This document shows, piece after piece, positions 1-8,567 of a stretch of DNA of 64,000 bases. The translations under genes and the position numbers were made by a program. The DNA is from Patescibacteria group bacterium (GTDB lineage Bacteria > Patescibacteriota > Patescibacteriia > UBA10025). Every line of letters starts with the position of its first letter. Within the stretch, counting starts at the first letter, position 1. Location: contig JBHPFX010000005.1 in the NCBI GenBank assembly GCA_042570925.1, positions 4,969-68,968 on the forward strand, given 5' to 3'. The notes beneath the pieces are model-generated. The model was given only the letters and a program-made list of their open reading frames with translations. It was not told the DNA's origin and did not search any database.

Positions 1-1
1 A

Positions 2-1051
2 GTTCAGCCCGAAAAAAATCCAACTTTTAATTTCCAGGAGACTGATAAGGTTGTCTCGGACGCTGAGGCAGTAGGTTTTTCGCTTGTCGGTATTCTCTGG
101 CCGTATGCCGAATGGGATCAGAAAGTACATGGAATTGGAACTGAGTGCGAAGGAGCAGGACTACAGCATGCACTACCCTCAGATCGCTGTAAACCCAACG
201 ATATGGGCGCTTACGGAGATTTTGTCACTGAAATAGTCGAAAGATATGATGGTGATGGGCTCTACGATGCAGATGGACTATGCACTCCTATACGTCAGTG
301 GCAGGTTATATCAAGTCCCTCCCAACAGACAGCTATTGGGGGCGAGGGGATGTTTCGAGGAGAACCGATAGATTATTTTAATATATTACGAGTCACTTTT
401 AACGCAGTAAAAGGTTCGTGTCCGCAATGCGATGTTTTTTACGGTGCTCTCGAGGGGACGAATGAGCAGGCGTATGTTTTTTTTGAGGAAGTCCTCACAC
501 TTGGTGGTGCTGATTATTTTGACGCGGTTTCGCTTCAGACAACAAGTAGTGGAGTCGCTGAACATATTGCACGTATTCAGGAAATATTGGATTCGTATTA
601 TCATCCTAAGCCCGTGTGGGTTACAGGAATAACACCAAACACTCCACCTTCACATGAATCATCGCTTGTGCGCGGTTTTGTCGAAGCGTTATCCGGCGGA
701 GCTGAAAAAGTATTTTATCCTCAGCTTTTGAGCGATCCAAAACTTGTGCCGTCAGAGAACACATTGGCAATTATTGATTCCGAGGGAAAAAAACGACCCG
801 CATTTACAGCCCTGCAAACACTTATAAAAAAAATCGGCAAGTTCTCTCAAGCGGATAAGATATCTGAAGGACAGTTTAAATTTACCAGGGATCACGATGT
901 TCCCTTATATGTGCTATGGAAAACCGAAGAGGATTCTGCAATTCCCGACATTCTTTCCGGAGAGTTGCGTATCAGCACCCTTGATGGTAGGATGGAAGCG
1001 CGTGATATTGCTACCGTCGTACTCTCTGATGAACCCATCTTTGTAGAATAA
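2..1051 (+). CDS. Glycoside-hydrolase-like TIM-barrel protein, 5' end outside window
   Basis: The frame of ORF 203..1051 stays open back to nt 2, so the window edge truncates the gene. 'FVTEIVERYDGDG' and 'IRQWQVISSP' resemble the W-E-x-x-N-E-P strand of clan GH-A enzymes, but NE is replaced by SS, so the protein may be non-catalytic. Confidence 0.45.
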   Translation, partial: VQPEKNPTFNFQETDKVVSDAEAVGFSLVGILWPYAEWDQKVHGIGTECEGAGLQHALPSDRCKPNDMGAYGDFVTEIVERYDGDGLYDADGLCTPIRQWQVISSPSQQTAIGGEGMFRGEPIDYFNILRVTFNAVKGSCPQCDVFYGALEGTNEQAYVFFEEVLTLGGADYFDAVSLQTTSSGVAEHIARIQEILDSYYHPKPVWVTGITPNTPPSHESSLVRGFVEALSGGAEKVFYPQLLSDPKLVPSENTLAIIDSEGKKRPAFTALQTLIKKIGKFSQADKISEGQFKFTRDHDVPLYVLWKTEEDSAIPDILSGELRISTLDGRMEARDIATVVLSDEPIFVE

Positions 1052-1062
1052 CTAAAGCACCT

Positions 1063-1389
1063 ATGAACGAGGATCGATGGAAACAAATCGTTGAACGTGT
1101 CAAGGACAGCCTTGATGTTCTTGAGCATGAAACAGAGGATCTTGATCCGGGTCCGGGACGAGTTGAATTTATCTCATTCATCGGACCGCAAGGTAAAATG
1201 AAACTTGAACGAACGTCGCATCCACGCGTACTCGATAAAAAGGTAATTGGATCCAATAGGATCGGTTCATCAACAAGTGTTGAGAATATTTATTCTGATA
1301 CCGAAGAAGTAGATGAGGTACAGGCGTATAAATGGGATGATATTAAGGAAGAGTGGGAGGCAATCTCTATCGAAAAAACACTCTCTTAA
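1063..1389 (+). CDS. Hypothetical acidic protein
   Basis: 108-aa ORF starting 11 nt after the upstream stop on the same strand. No recognisable motif. Confidence 0.45.
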   Translation: MNEDRWKQIVERVKDSLDVLEHETEDLDPGPGRVEFISFIGPQGKMKLERTSHPRVLDKKVIGSNRIGSSTSVENIYSDTEEVDEVQAYKWDDIKEEWEAISIEKTLS

Positions 1390-1407
1390 CCGCTGATGTA
1401 GTGCATT

Positions 1408-1671
1408 ATGGCAATCAAGCTCAATACAGACATTGCATGTTATTTCAGATCAAAGGCTGAAAAATTGAAGCAAAAAGAGGGAGAAAAATACTATTTTCGT
1501 GCTCATGCATATTCGCAAGCTGCCAATGCAATTGATAATCTTGAAGAATCCCTTGAGGATATGTACAAGCGCTCGTGGATTGCCGGAATGCAAAAAATTG
1601 AGGGGATTGGCCCAAGGATTGCACGAGATATTGAGGGTGAATTAAAGAAGAGGGGGATTAAGAGAAAATAG
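1408..1671 (+). CDS. Stand-alone helix-hairpin-helix protein resembling the 8-kDa N-terminal domain of family X DNA polymerases
   Basis: The pattern 'AHAYSQAANAI...IEGIGPRIARDIEGELKK' parallels the pol-beta 8-kDa domain ('AYRKAASVI...LPGVGTKIAEKIDEFL'). The ORF is 87 aa and has no polymerase domain. Confidence 0.5.
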   Translation: MAIKLNTDIACYFRSKAEKLKQKEGEKYYFRAHAYSQAANAIDNLEESLEDMYKRSWIAGMQKIEGIGPRIARDIEGELKKRGIKRK

Positions 1672-1688
1672 TATCTTTCCGCACAGAC

Positions 1689-1717
1689 TTGATCGAGACC
1701 TGGATTTCCTGTAGAAT
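1689..1717 (+). promoter_or_regulatory. Sigma70-like promoter TTGATC-N17-TAGAAT
   Basis: Read directly from the sequence. It lies 24 nt upstream of the ATG at 1741. Confidence 0.45.
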
Positions 1718-1740
1718 TCAATAATAATGGTAAAACATGT

Positions 1741-2313
1741 ATGGCAGTAAGTACAACAAAAACAACGCTGTTTATCGGAGGTGTGGCTCTTTTTATACTT
1801 CTTGTCGGTGTATTACTGCTTGGTAATGGCAATTCAGAGCAAAATGAGGGTGTGGTTGCCGGTATTAGCTTTTCTGAACGAAAAGGCATATCAGAAAAAG
1901 TTGCCAGGGAGCAGGATGGTGAAGACTATTTGCCGACTACAATTCGTAAATCAGTTAATGAAGTTGATCACGAAAGTGCCCCTGTTGAAGAAGATACTGA
2001 GCCGTCATTCAGTGATTATTACACAGTCGCATATCTTGGAAGTTTTTCTGGATCACCCGAACCGCCAATCCAAACCACATTTTCTGAAGAGGATAAAATC
2101 GTATTAGTTACTCGTGCGACGGAGAATAATGATACGGACAAGATGCTCTATGCAAGAGTGTACAAGGATAATGAACTCATTTTTGATTCACCGCCAATCG
2201 AGATATTGGGCGGTGAAATTGGCCTCATCAATCCCAGTAAAAAAGGGGAGTATACCGTTCGCATGGTAGTGGATGATCAGGTTATCTATGAGCTTCCTTT
2301 CACGATAGAGTAA
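1741..2313 (+). CDS. Membrane-anchored hypothetical protein
   Basis: N-terminal TM helix 'LFIGGVALFILLVGVLLL'. A TTGATC-N17-TAGAAT promoter lies upstream. Confidence 0.55.
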   Translation: MAVSTTKTTLFIGGVALFILLVGVLLLGNGNSEQNEGVVAGISFSERKGISEKVAREQDGEDYLPTTIRKSVNEVDHESAPVEEDTEPSFSDYYTVAYLGSFSGSPEPPIQTTFSEEDKIVLVTRATENNDTDKMLYARVYKDNELIFDSPPIEILGGEIGLINPSKKGEYTVRMVVDDQVIYELPFTIE

Positions 2314-2335
2314 GAATTTACTCTCGTAATTTTTC

Positions 2336-2533
2336 ATGGAATTTTTCAGGAATATTATTGATTTCTTTATTGATCCTCAAAGCATTGGATTTGTTATCTT
2401 GATTGGTTTTGGATTGTGGATAATCATTTTTCTCATGAATAAAGGCACTGAAGTATGGAAGCGAGATGAAACGCAACAACGGACGGCTGACAAGAAGACT
2501 CAGGACTCCAATCTACCATTTAAACCATTTTAA
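2336..2533 (+). CDS. Small membrane protein
   Basis: 65-aa ORF with one TM helix 'IGFVILIGFGLWIIIFL'. Confidence 0.4.
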   Translation: MEFFRNIIDFFIDPQSIGFVILIGFGLWIIIFLMNKGTEVWKRDETQQRTADKKTQDSNLPFKPF

Positions 2534-2608
2534 TTTATTATCCGGGACAGCCTTTTATAACCTTATAGGCGCTTTTTTTATGAACAGAATTCTGATACAC
2601 TAGGTACT

Positions 2609-3808
2609 ATGAAGAAGTTTTTTGCAGTAATCCTCATCCTCTTATTCATCATTCTTACTCCGGCTGCGATGGTCGTGCATTCGTTAAGAACGGTGATATT
2701 AGATCCTGAAATCATCAAACAGGAATTGGTGGATGCGAGCGCATATGAAGCGGCAATAGATCTTACAGCGGAAGAATTGCAATCACAATCCGGCCTTTTT
2801 GACGATGCAATTCCTTTTCTGACATCAGAGGACATTACAGATGCCATTCGGGGTGTCATCAGTCCAGCCCAGCTTCAGACACAGGTAGAATCGCTGATCG
2901 ATCAATTTTTTATATGGCTGGATTCCTCTGACGACATTCGCGATATAGAATTAATCGTATCGCTCGGTGAAGTTAAAACACGAACCGAGAGCATTGTCTT
3001 GACCACTCTTGAGGCCCGATATAATGAGTTGCCGATATGTTTGCCGGATCAGTTAATAGATACTGAATTTGATAATAAAAATGTCGATGTAATTGGATGT
3101 CATCCCTCGGATGTGACATTTAATGATTTGATACAGGATATCGATATTACCAGTCTGCTTGACGAAATCCCGGATGAGATAAATATCATCGAACTTCTTT
3201 CTGAAGGAGAAGAGGTGGTCGATGAACAATTTGAAGAAGGGTCTCCGGTCTCAACATCAGTAGAGGATGTTTTTAATCAGCTCAACAATATTCGGGACAG
3301 ACTTTCACAAGCTACGCGGCTTTTACAAACGCTTCTTGTTGTCATTCTATTGATATTCCTTTTTATTGGTGCTCTTTCGACGAGATCTGTAAGAGGATTT
3401 TTTGGCTGGACTGGTTTCCCCTTGCTGATTGTTGGTCTTATTCTTATAGTACCAATGCTTGTTGCGGGTACGTATATTTCGGATACGCTTGAGAGAGAGC
3501 TCTCAAGCCCAGATACGCCAATAGCAGCTCAGACATTCATGCGAGATATGGGGGAAAGTTTTGTTGATATCTTAGCTTCTTCTGTTCGAACAAAAGGAAT
3601 CATTCTTGGTTCGTTGGGCTTCATTTTCATCATAGTGGCATTCTCGATTCCCGCATCAAAGGAGCCTAAGAAAAAAAGGTTAGCACCTCCTGAAAAGAAA
3701 AAACTTACCCTTAATGAGAAATTAGGGCGTGAGGAAATAGTTGGAGAAATACCAAATAGTGCACTAGAAGAAAAATTGAACAACGAGGACGATAATGATT
3801 CCGAGTAG
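2609..3808 (+). CDS. Polytopic membrane protein, unknown function
   Basis: N-terminal TM/signal anchor, a cluster of C-terminal TM helices and a Lys/Glu-rich tail. Its 3' end overlaps the convergent gene by 45 nt. Confidence 0.6.
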   Translation: MKKFFAVILILLFIILTPAAMVVHSLRTVILDPEIIKQELVDASAYEAAIDLTAEELQSQSGLFDDAIPFLTSEDITDAIRGVISPAQLQTQVESLIDQFFIWLDSSDDIRDIELIVSLGEVKTRTESIVLTTLEARYNELPICLPDQLIDTEFDNKNVDVIGCHPSDVTFNDLIQDIDITSLLDEIPDEINIIELLSEGEEVVDEQFEEGSPVSTSVEDVFNQLNNIRDRLSQATRLLQTLLVVILLIFLFIGALSTRSVRGFFGWTGFPLLIVGLILIVPMLVAGTYISDTLERELSSPDTPIAAQTFMRDMGESFVDILASSVRTKGIILGSLGFIFIIVAFSIPASKEPKKKRLAPPEKKKLTLNEKLGREEIVGEIPNSALEEKLNNEDDNDSE

Positions 3809-4204
3809 CCCGCCAACAACAAGCTGTGCGGGTGTATGTCCGATTCGCTCCTCTAAAGCTGGAATTCTGTCTTTAGCCTCTGCATGATAGTGTTCGATAA
3901 TGCTATTGAGAGCTTTACCCTGATTACCAAGGTGTGTTCTCAAGCCAAGAGCATCCCGAAGGATTAAAATACCAAACACGACAGAGACGGCAAATGCTGT
4001 CGATTCAAGCCCCTCGCGAAATCCCACTTCTGCGGCAAGGGCAACAACAAATGCAGCATGTGACGAAGGCATACCACCATAACTCGCCCACATGTGTTTA
4101 AAGTCAAAGTTACCCTTAATACCGTCAGTAAGTAATTTAATCGCCTGGACAAAGATTCCAGCGAATATCGGAATGATGAGTATTTCGAATGATTCAAACC
4201 ACAT
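3764..4204 (-). CDS. Divergent PAP2 family (DUF212-type) membrane phosphatase-like protein
   Basis: 'GGMPSSHAAFVVALA' and 'RDALGLR...GHTPAQ' match the acid phosphatase/vanadium-haloperoxidase-related divergent PAP2 signature. Confidence 0.75.
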   Translation of the reverse strand: MWFESFEILIIPIFAGIFVQAIKLLTDGIKGNFDFKHMWASYGGMPSSHAAFVVALAAEVGFREGLESTAFAVSVVFGILILRDALGLRTHLGNQGKALNSIIEHYHAEAKDRIPALEERIGHTPAQLVVGGLLGIIIVLVVQFFF

Positions 4205-4207
4205 ACT

Positions 4208-5029
4208 ATGCTAGATATAATTTACTCACTTTTTTTCGGGGCTATTCAAGGGATTACTGAGTTTTTCCCTATTTCGAGCTCGGGCCATCTTGTGCTGTTC
4301 CATGAAGTAGTTCCATTAACGCTTGGCGACAGTCTCGCTTTTGATGTAGCACTGCATGTTGGGACGCTTGGCGCACTTGTTCTTGTGTTTCGTAAAGAAA
4401 TAACTCTGTATAGTATAGCGTTTTTCCGCAGTTTCTCCAAATGGAATGTTCGTGAGGATGTTAATCAACGCATAAGCTGGTTCCTTGTTCTTGCCACCAT
4501 TCCTTCCATTATCGTAGGATTACTGGCAAATGATATTATTGAATCACTTTTTAGAAATACACTGCTCGTGGCAATATTGCTTATAGGAGTTGGACTCTTA
4601 TTTTTTCCTATAGAAAAACTTTCCAGAAAAAACCGTTCAATCAAGAATCTTACGTTCAAGGACGCGCTGTGGATCGGCCTTGCGCAGGTGCTGGCTTTTA
4701 TGCCGGGGGTGTCGAGGTCGGGGATTACGCTTCTTGTGGGATTTGGCCGGGATTTAACGCGTGAAGCTGCAGCCCGTTTTTCTTTTCTTCTCGCAATTCC
4801 GATTGTATTTATCGCTGGAGCAAAAAAGGTGTACGATTTAACTCAGGTGAGCATTACATCATCAGAGCTCATCTCTCTTGCAATAGGTTTCGTTGCTTCA
4901 TTGCTCGTGGGTTTTGCCGTAATCAAGTATTTTCTCCGCTTTGTACGAAATCACTCTCTCATACCGTTTGCCTGGTATAGAATTGCTCTTGGAGCTGCCG
5001 TGATTGTGCTGCTTATTCTCAATCTGTAA
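4208..5029 (+). CDS. uppP: Undecaprenyl-diphosphate phosphatase
   Basis: 'GITEFFPISSSGHL' and 'PGVSRSGITL' are the BacA/UppP signature motifs. 273 aa, polytopic. Confidence 0.9.
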   Translation: MLDIIYSLFFGAIQGITEFFPISSSGHLVLFHEVVPLTLGDSLAFDVALHVGTLGALVLVFRKEITLYSIAFFRSFSKWNVREDVNQRISWFLVLATIPSIIVGLLANDIIESLFRNTLLVAILLIGVGLLFFPIEKLSRKNRSIKNLTFKDALWIGLAQVLAFMPGVSRSGITLLVGFGRDLTREAAARFSFLLAIPIVFIAGAKKVYDLTQVSITSSELISLAIGFVASLLVGFAVIKYFLRFVRNHSLIPFAWYRIALGAAVIVLLILNL

Positions 5030-5035
5030 TTAACC

Positions 5036-5068
5036 AAAACGACCCCGCATGTTGTGAGGTCGTTTTTT
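5036..5068. terminator. Bidirectional intrinsic terminator between uppP and the convergent gene
   Basis: 'aaaacgacc...ggtcgtttttt' has A- and T-runs on either side. Confidence 0.7.
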
Positions 5069-5082
5069 AGTTATTTTTGCAA

Positions 5083-6132
5083 TTATTCCTGGGAATCCTG
5101 TGACTTCCCTCGAGGCTGAAAGAGTGTCGTTAACACAACACCGATAATGATGATTGACCACGGCCACCACAGATAGGTTCCCTCACAGATATACCGTGTG
5201 TAGACGATTAGTGCGAGAATTGTCAGTACGATTGGGAAGAGCCACCATAGTGAATGATATCGTCTTTTTAGGTATCCGTAGTACCAGATTAATATTGCCG
5301 TGTAGACAAGTACGAGAAATATTATAATCCACTTTTCCCAATTAATACATTCATCGTCACTTTGTTCAGAACTTTCTTCTGTTGAAATGATTTCTTCAGA
5401 CGATACTTCTTCAGCCGCATTGTCTTCTGCTTCGTCAACGCCATCCTCGTTAGCGGCAATCTCTTCTGTGGCTTCTCCTAAAACTTGACCTTGTGGGGCA
5501 AGGGGAGTTTCAACGGCATGTGTACCGGTGACTGAAACACCGATTGATTTTTTTATGTCGCCGATATGTGCAATGACTTCTCCAATAGCGCTCCGATCGG
5601 CAGAAAAAATACCGTCAGATGAAATTGATCCGATATCACCTGCAGTTGTCCATGCGACACGCCCAACAGAAACAGAGTTGCCATCTGCGTCGTAGCCTTT
5701 TGAAGTAAATTGTTTAGTTTCACCAAGTGAAACCTGTGTTGGCTTATCATTGGGAGTAATGTCAAGTTCAGCTAAATTACCCGGAGTGACTGTGATTCTA
5801 AATGCTTTTGTCGAATATCCGTCATTTCCATCAGTTATACCAAGTACAACCCGATAGTCTCCCGCATCCTCTGGATCCCATGTAAGCACTCCTTCCTGAC
5901 TTACGGCCATTCCAACCGGTGCGTGCGTAAGCGTATAAGTAAGTGACGCAGAGCTTATTCCGTCAGTCATGATACTGTAGGAGAATGTATCGTCAGCGGT
6001 AAGAAATGCATCAGGTGGCGTGGATACATCAAGAGGAGCTGCATAAACCGGCAGCACGCTAAAAAGCACAAGTGCTGCTCCTATGAATATTAAAACCTTG
6101 AATTGCCCCCCTAATGATGCAATTGATTTCAT
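5083..6132 (-). CDS. Secreted/membrane protein with Ig-like domains (cadherin-like putative Ig domain plus Big_2)
   Basis: Signal peptide. 'LTYTLTHAPVGMAVSQEGVLTWDPEDAGDY' resembles a He_PIG-type Ig domain. 'VSLGETKQFTSKGYDADGNSV...WTTAGDIGSISSDGIF' resembles Big_2. An acidic linker and three Trp-rich C-terminal TM helices follow. Confidence 0.7.
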   Translation of the reverse strand: MKSIASLGGQFKVLIFIGAALVLFSVLPVYAAPLDVSTPPDAFLTADDTFSYSIMTDGISSASLTYTLTHAPVGMAVSQEGVLTWDPEDAGDYRVVLGITDGNDGYSTKAFRITVTPGNLAELDITPNDKPTQVSLGETKQFTSKGYDADGNSVSVGRVAWTTAGDIGSISSDGIFSADRSAIGEVIAHIGDIKKSIGVSVTGTHAVETPLAPQGQVLGEATEEIAANEDGVDEAEDNAAEEVSSEEIISTEESSEQSDDECINWEKWIIIFLVLVYTAILIWYYGYLKRRYHSLWWLFPIVLTILALIVYTRYICEGTYLWWPWSIIIIGVVLTTLFQPRGKSQDSQE

Positions 6133-6167
6133 AATTTGTTTAAATTCCTTAATAAAAACGTTAGTTT

Positions 6168-6196
6168 ATCTTAGAGGAGATATGCTCACTGGTCAA
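6168..6196 (-). promoter_or_regulatory. Promoter TTGACC-N17-TAAGAT for the gene at 5083..6132
   Basis: Minus-strand reading of 'ggtcaa' (6191..6196) and 'atctta' (6168..6173). Confidence 0.45.
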
Positions 6197-6212
6197 GGGA
6201 CACAGTGATAAC

Positions 6213-6238
6213 AAAAAGCCCTAACAGAGGGGCTTTTT
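6213..6238 (-). terminator. Intrinsic terminator after the CAP-domain gene
   Basis: 'aaaaagccc-taacagag-gggcttttt'. Confidence 0.6.
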
Positions 6239-6255
6239 GTGTAAATATAATGTAT

Positions 6256-6264
6256 TGTGGATAA
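6256..6264 (+). other. Perfect DnaA-box 9-mer (TGTGGATAA = complement of TTATCCACA)
   Basis: Intergenic, 9 nt beyond the stop codon of the minus-strand CAP gene. Confidence 0.4.
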
Positions 6265-6272
6265 CTATCGTC

Positions 6273-7823
6273 TTAAGTGATGGAGATTACCTGAGCAATT
6301 GTCTCAAGAAAGTGAGGTTTGTAGAGCAATGCAGAGGTGGTAATGATGATAACTAAGACAGATTGAACGATAATATGAGGATGCTGAACGCGAATCTTCA
6401 CCAGGATGTTGGTAAGCAGTGCGACAACTATGAAGATAAGGAAGACACTGAAGAAGCGATTTGAAAACGTTATAAGGGATCCGGCAAATCCTTCAGTTTC
6501 TTCGCCCACCTGTTCTGCATGAACAATTACTTCAGAAGACAGGGTATCTTCTGGCTCCGATACGTGGGTCACTGGTGGAGTTTCCGGTGGTACAGTTGGT
6601 TCAGTTACGGAAATAACTTCCACTGTAAGCGGTGTCTCCTGCTCTTGTCGTTCAACTACTTCAATAGGTAGTTCGATCGTACCGCCATCGATCCAAGTGA
6701 CATTTTCAACGACTAATGCGAAATCCTCTTGGTAGGCTCCTGATGCATCTGGAGCTTGGAGCTTGAAAGTAAATCGTCCATTATCATTTGGTGCGACTCG
6801 GCTCTGATCAAGAAGGGTTGGACGATATGGCTCGATCCATGATTCGTGATAAAAGTCGCTTTCACGTCCTCCCGGGTTAGTTGTATTGAGTGCTACAAAT
6901 TGATCGCCACTGTTTGCCCATGTGGTGTTTCCTTCATTGGCAAATTCAACCCAGACGTCAAATGCATCTTCGGTTAGAATTGTATAAGACTCGTCACTTT
7001 GTGATGCAAGAGATGCTTGATATACGGCTGGTTCCGACACTACTACCACTGGAGTTGGTTCCGGTTCTGGAGTGGGGGTTGGTTCTGGTTCGGGGGTAGG
7101 TGTGGGTTCTGGTGTGGGAGTAGGTTCGGGTGTTGGCTCGGGCTCAGGGGTTGGTTCTGGTTCGGGGATCACCTCAACAATTGCCGGTGCGGTAGAATAT
7201 GGCTTACCGAAAAATTCAACAAGCACTGTTGTCTGACGACCATCGAGCTCACCGCTTAACACGGCAATACCCATTTCAGTATATTTTTCATTGAGAATGT
7301 TATCCGCATGCGATGGACTATTCATGAAGGCCGTGTGCACCGTACCCGCTTCAGTGAAATCCATAGCAAGATTTTCTCCCGCAGCGCTGTAGCTATACCC
7401 TGCTTGTTTGAGAAAATCCCACGGCTTAGTACCTGATGGACTCGTGTGGGCAAAATAATTATTTGCAATCATGTCCTGCGCTTTTAGAGCCGCAGCGTTA
7501 TTGAGCGTGCTATTAAGTGATAACGTCGCAAGTCCGTTACTTGTACGCGTGGAATTAGTCAGGCTTAAGATTTCATTTGTTGTGATAGCGGCAAATTCTG
7601 CTGTGGATGGGTATGCAAGAAATAAAAAGCCGCTCACAAACAGCTTTATCGATATAAGGACAATTGAATAGAAACGAAGTGCAGGAGCTCGAAGCGAATG
7701 TGGCTGATGGTTATTGCCTTCGTGAGGAATAAAAAAATGGTGCGCGTGCCGATGTGACCTAGCGGCATGGTAGGTAAATCGATTTGCGACTCTTTTTAGC
7801 AATGAATGTGTCTTATTACTCAT
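6273..7823 (-). CDS. CAP/SCP (YkwD-like) domain protein with PT/PE linker and NBR1-like Ig domain, TM helices at both ends
   Basis: 'NNYFAHTSPSG...GENLA...FMNSPSHADNIL' is the CAP signature. It is followed by the low-complexity linker (PEPTPEPEPTP...), then 'WVEFANEGNTTW...GRFTFKLQAPDASGAY..FALVVE', which resembles an N_BRCA1_IG-type domain. Confidence 0.8.
   Translation of the reverse strand: MSNKTHSLLKRVANRFTYHAARSHRHAHHFFIPHEGNNHQPHSLRAPALRFYSIVLISIKLFVSGFLFLAYPSTAEFAAITTNEILSLTNSTRTSNGLATLSLNSTLNNAAALKAQDMIANNYFAHTSPSGTKPWDFLKQAGYSYSAAGENLAMDFTEAGTVHTAFMNSPSHADNILNEKYTEMGIAVLSGELDGRQTTVLVEFFGKPYSTAPAIVEVIPEPEPTPEPEPTPEPTPTPEPTPTPEPEPTPTPEPEPTPVVVVSEPAVYQASLASQSDESYTILTEDAFDVWVEFANEGNTTWANSGDQFVALNTTNPGGRESDFYHESWIEPYRPTLLDQSRVAPNDNGRFTFKLQAPDASGAYQEDFALVVENVTWIDGGTIELPIEVVERQEQETPLTVEVISVTEPTVPPETPPVTHVSEPEDTLSSEVIVHAEQVGEETEGFAGSLITFSNRFFSVFLIFIVVALLTNILVKIRVQHPHIIVQSVLVIIITTSALLYKPHFLETIAQVISIT
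7050..7167 (-). repeat. Low-complexity Pro-Glu/Pro-Thr linker-coding repeat
   Basis: Degenerate 'ggttc(t/g)gg(t/a)g' units encode PEPEPTPEPEPTPEPTPTPEPTPTPEPEPTPTPEPEPTP inside the CAP-domain gene. Confidence 0.9.
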
Positions 7824-7838
7824 TGAAAAATTTAATCG

Positions 7839-8234
7839 TTAATTAATATCCAATTTATTCTTAACTTTCTTAACGACGTCCTCAATTTTCCAGTCAGCTT
7901 TTACCAGGTATTCATACACATTCTGATCAACGGCCTGCTTTGTGTCATCCCAGTCGTTCAGATTTGTTAACATAATAACTTTTGCCGTTTTTCCCCATGC
8001 ATTTTTTCGTAATTCTTCCAGCATTGTGAGGCCATCCATCACTGGCATTACAATATCCAGCAAAATCATATCGGGACGGTGACTTAATGCTTGTTCGAGG
8101 CCATCCTTGCCGTTTTTTGCCTGATATACTTTAAACCCGCTCATTTCAAATTTATCAACAAGCGCCTCCAGAAGGGGGGTTTCATCTTCGACGACTAGTA
8201 CAGTTTTTTTGTGATGTATAGATGTTATGGACAT
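7839..8234 (-). CDS. Stand-alone response-regulator receiver protein (CheY-like)
   Basis: 'VLVVEDE...DMILLDIVMPVMDG...KVIMLTN' supplies the acidic pocket, phospho-acceptor Asp and T/K motifs. There is no output domain. The gene lies 15 nt upstream of the CAP gene. Confidence 0.85.
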   Translation of the reverse strand: MSITSIHHKKTVLVVEDETPLLEALVDKFEMSGFKVYQAKNGKDGLEQALSHRPDMILLDIVMPVMDGLTMLEELRKNAWGKTAKVIMLTNLNDWDDTKQAVDQNVYEYLVKADWKIEDVVKKVKNKLDIN

Positions 8235-8308
8235 AGTGTTCTATTAATTACTGATTAGGGGCTCGTAATTTACGTGCAGTAATTATAGCAGAAAATTATT
8301 GACTTATG

Positions 8309-8337
8309 ATGATATCATGGATGACTAGATTTGTCAA
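8309..8337 (-). promoter_or_regulatory. Promoter TTGACA-N17-TATCAT for the receiver/CAP operon
   Basis: Minus-strand reading: perfect -35 at 8332..8337 and -10 at 8309..8314. Confidence 0.55.
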
Positions 8338-8392
8338 CCCCCTCAGGGACGTGTGCTATACTGAATATAGCTGATATTAACTAATATAACGT

Positions 8393-8509
8393 ATGTTTGG
8401 AGAATCAAAAAAAATCCCCACAACTACTGGTATCGCACTGCTTCTTATGGTATTTGCAGCAGTAATTGTTGTAGGTTCACTGTTTTATCGTGATTTTTTT
8501 CTCGCATAA
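8393..8509 (+). CDS. Possible 38-aa single-TM micropeptide
   Basis: Hand translation gives MFGESKKIPTTTGIALLLMVFAAVIVVGSLFYRDFFLA. The ORF ends 22 nt before the bidirectional hairpin at 8531..8567. I found no convincing promoter. Confidence 0.3.
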   Translation: MFGESKKIPTTTGIALLLMVFAAVIVVGSLFYRDFFLA

Positions 8510-8530
8510 TCACAAGTAATTAATACCAAC

Positions 8531-8567
8531 AAAAAAACCCGATCCTGTACACATGGACCGGGTTTTT
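8531..8567 (-). terminator. Intrinsic terminator after the 608-aa gene
   Basis: The stem cccg(a)tcc/ggaccggg contains a G-U pair only when read on the minus strand. It is flanked by A7 and T5. Confidence 0.75.
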
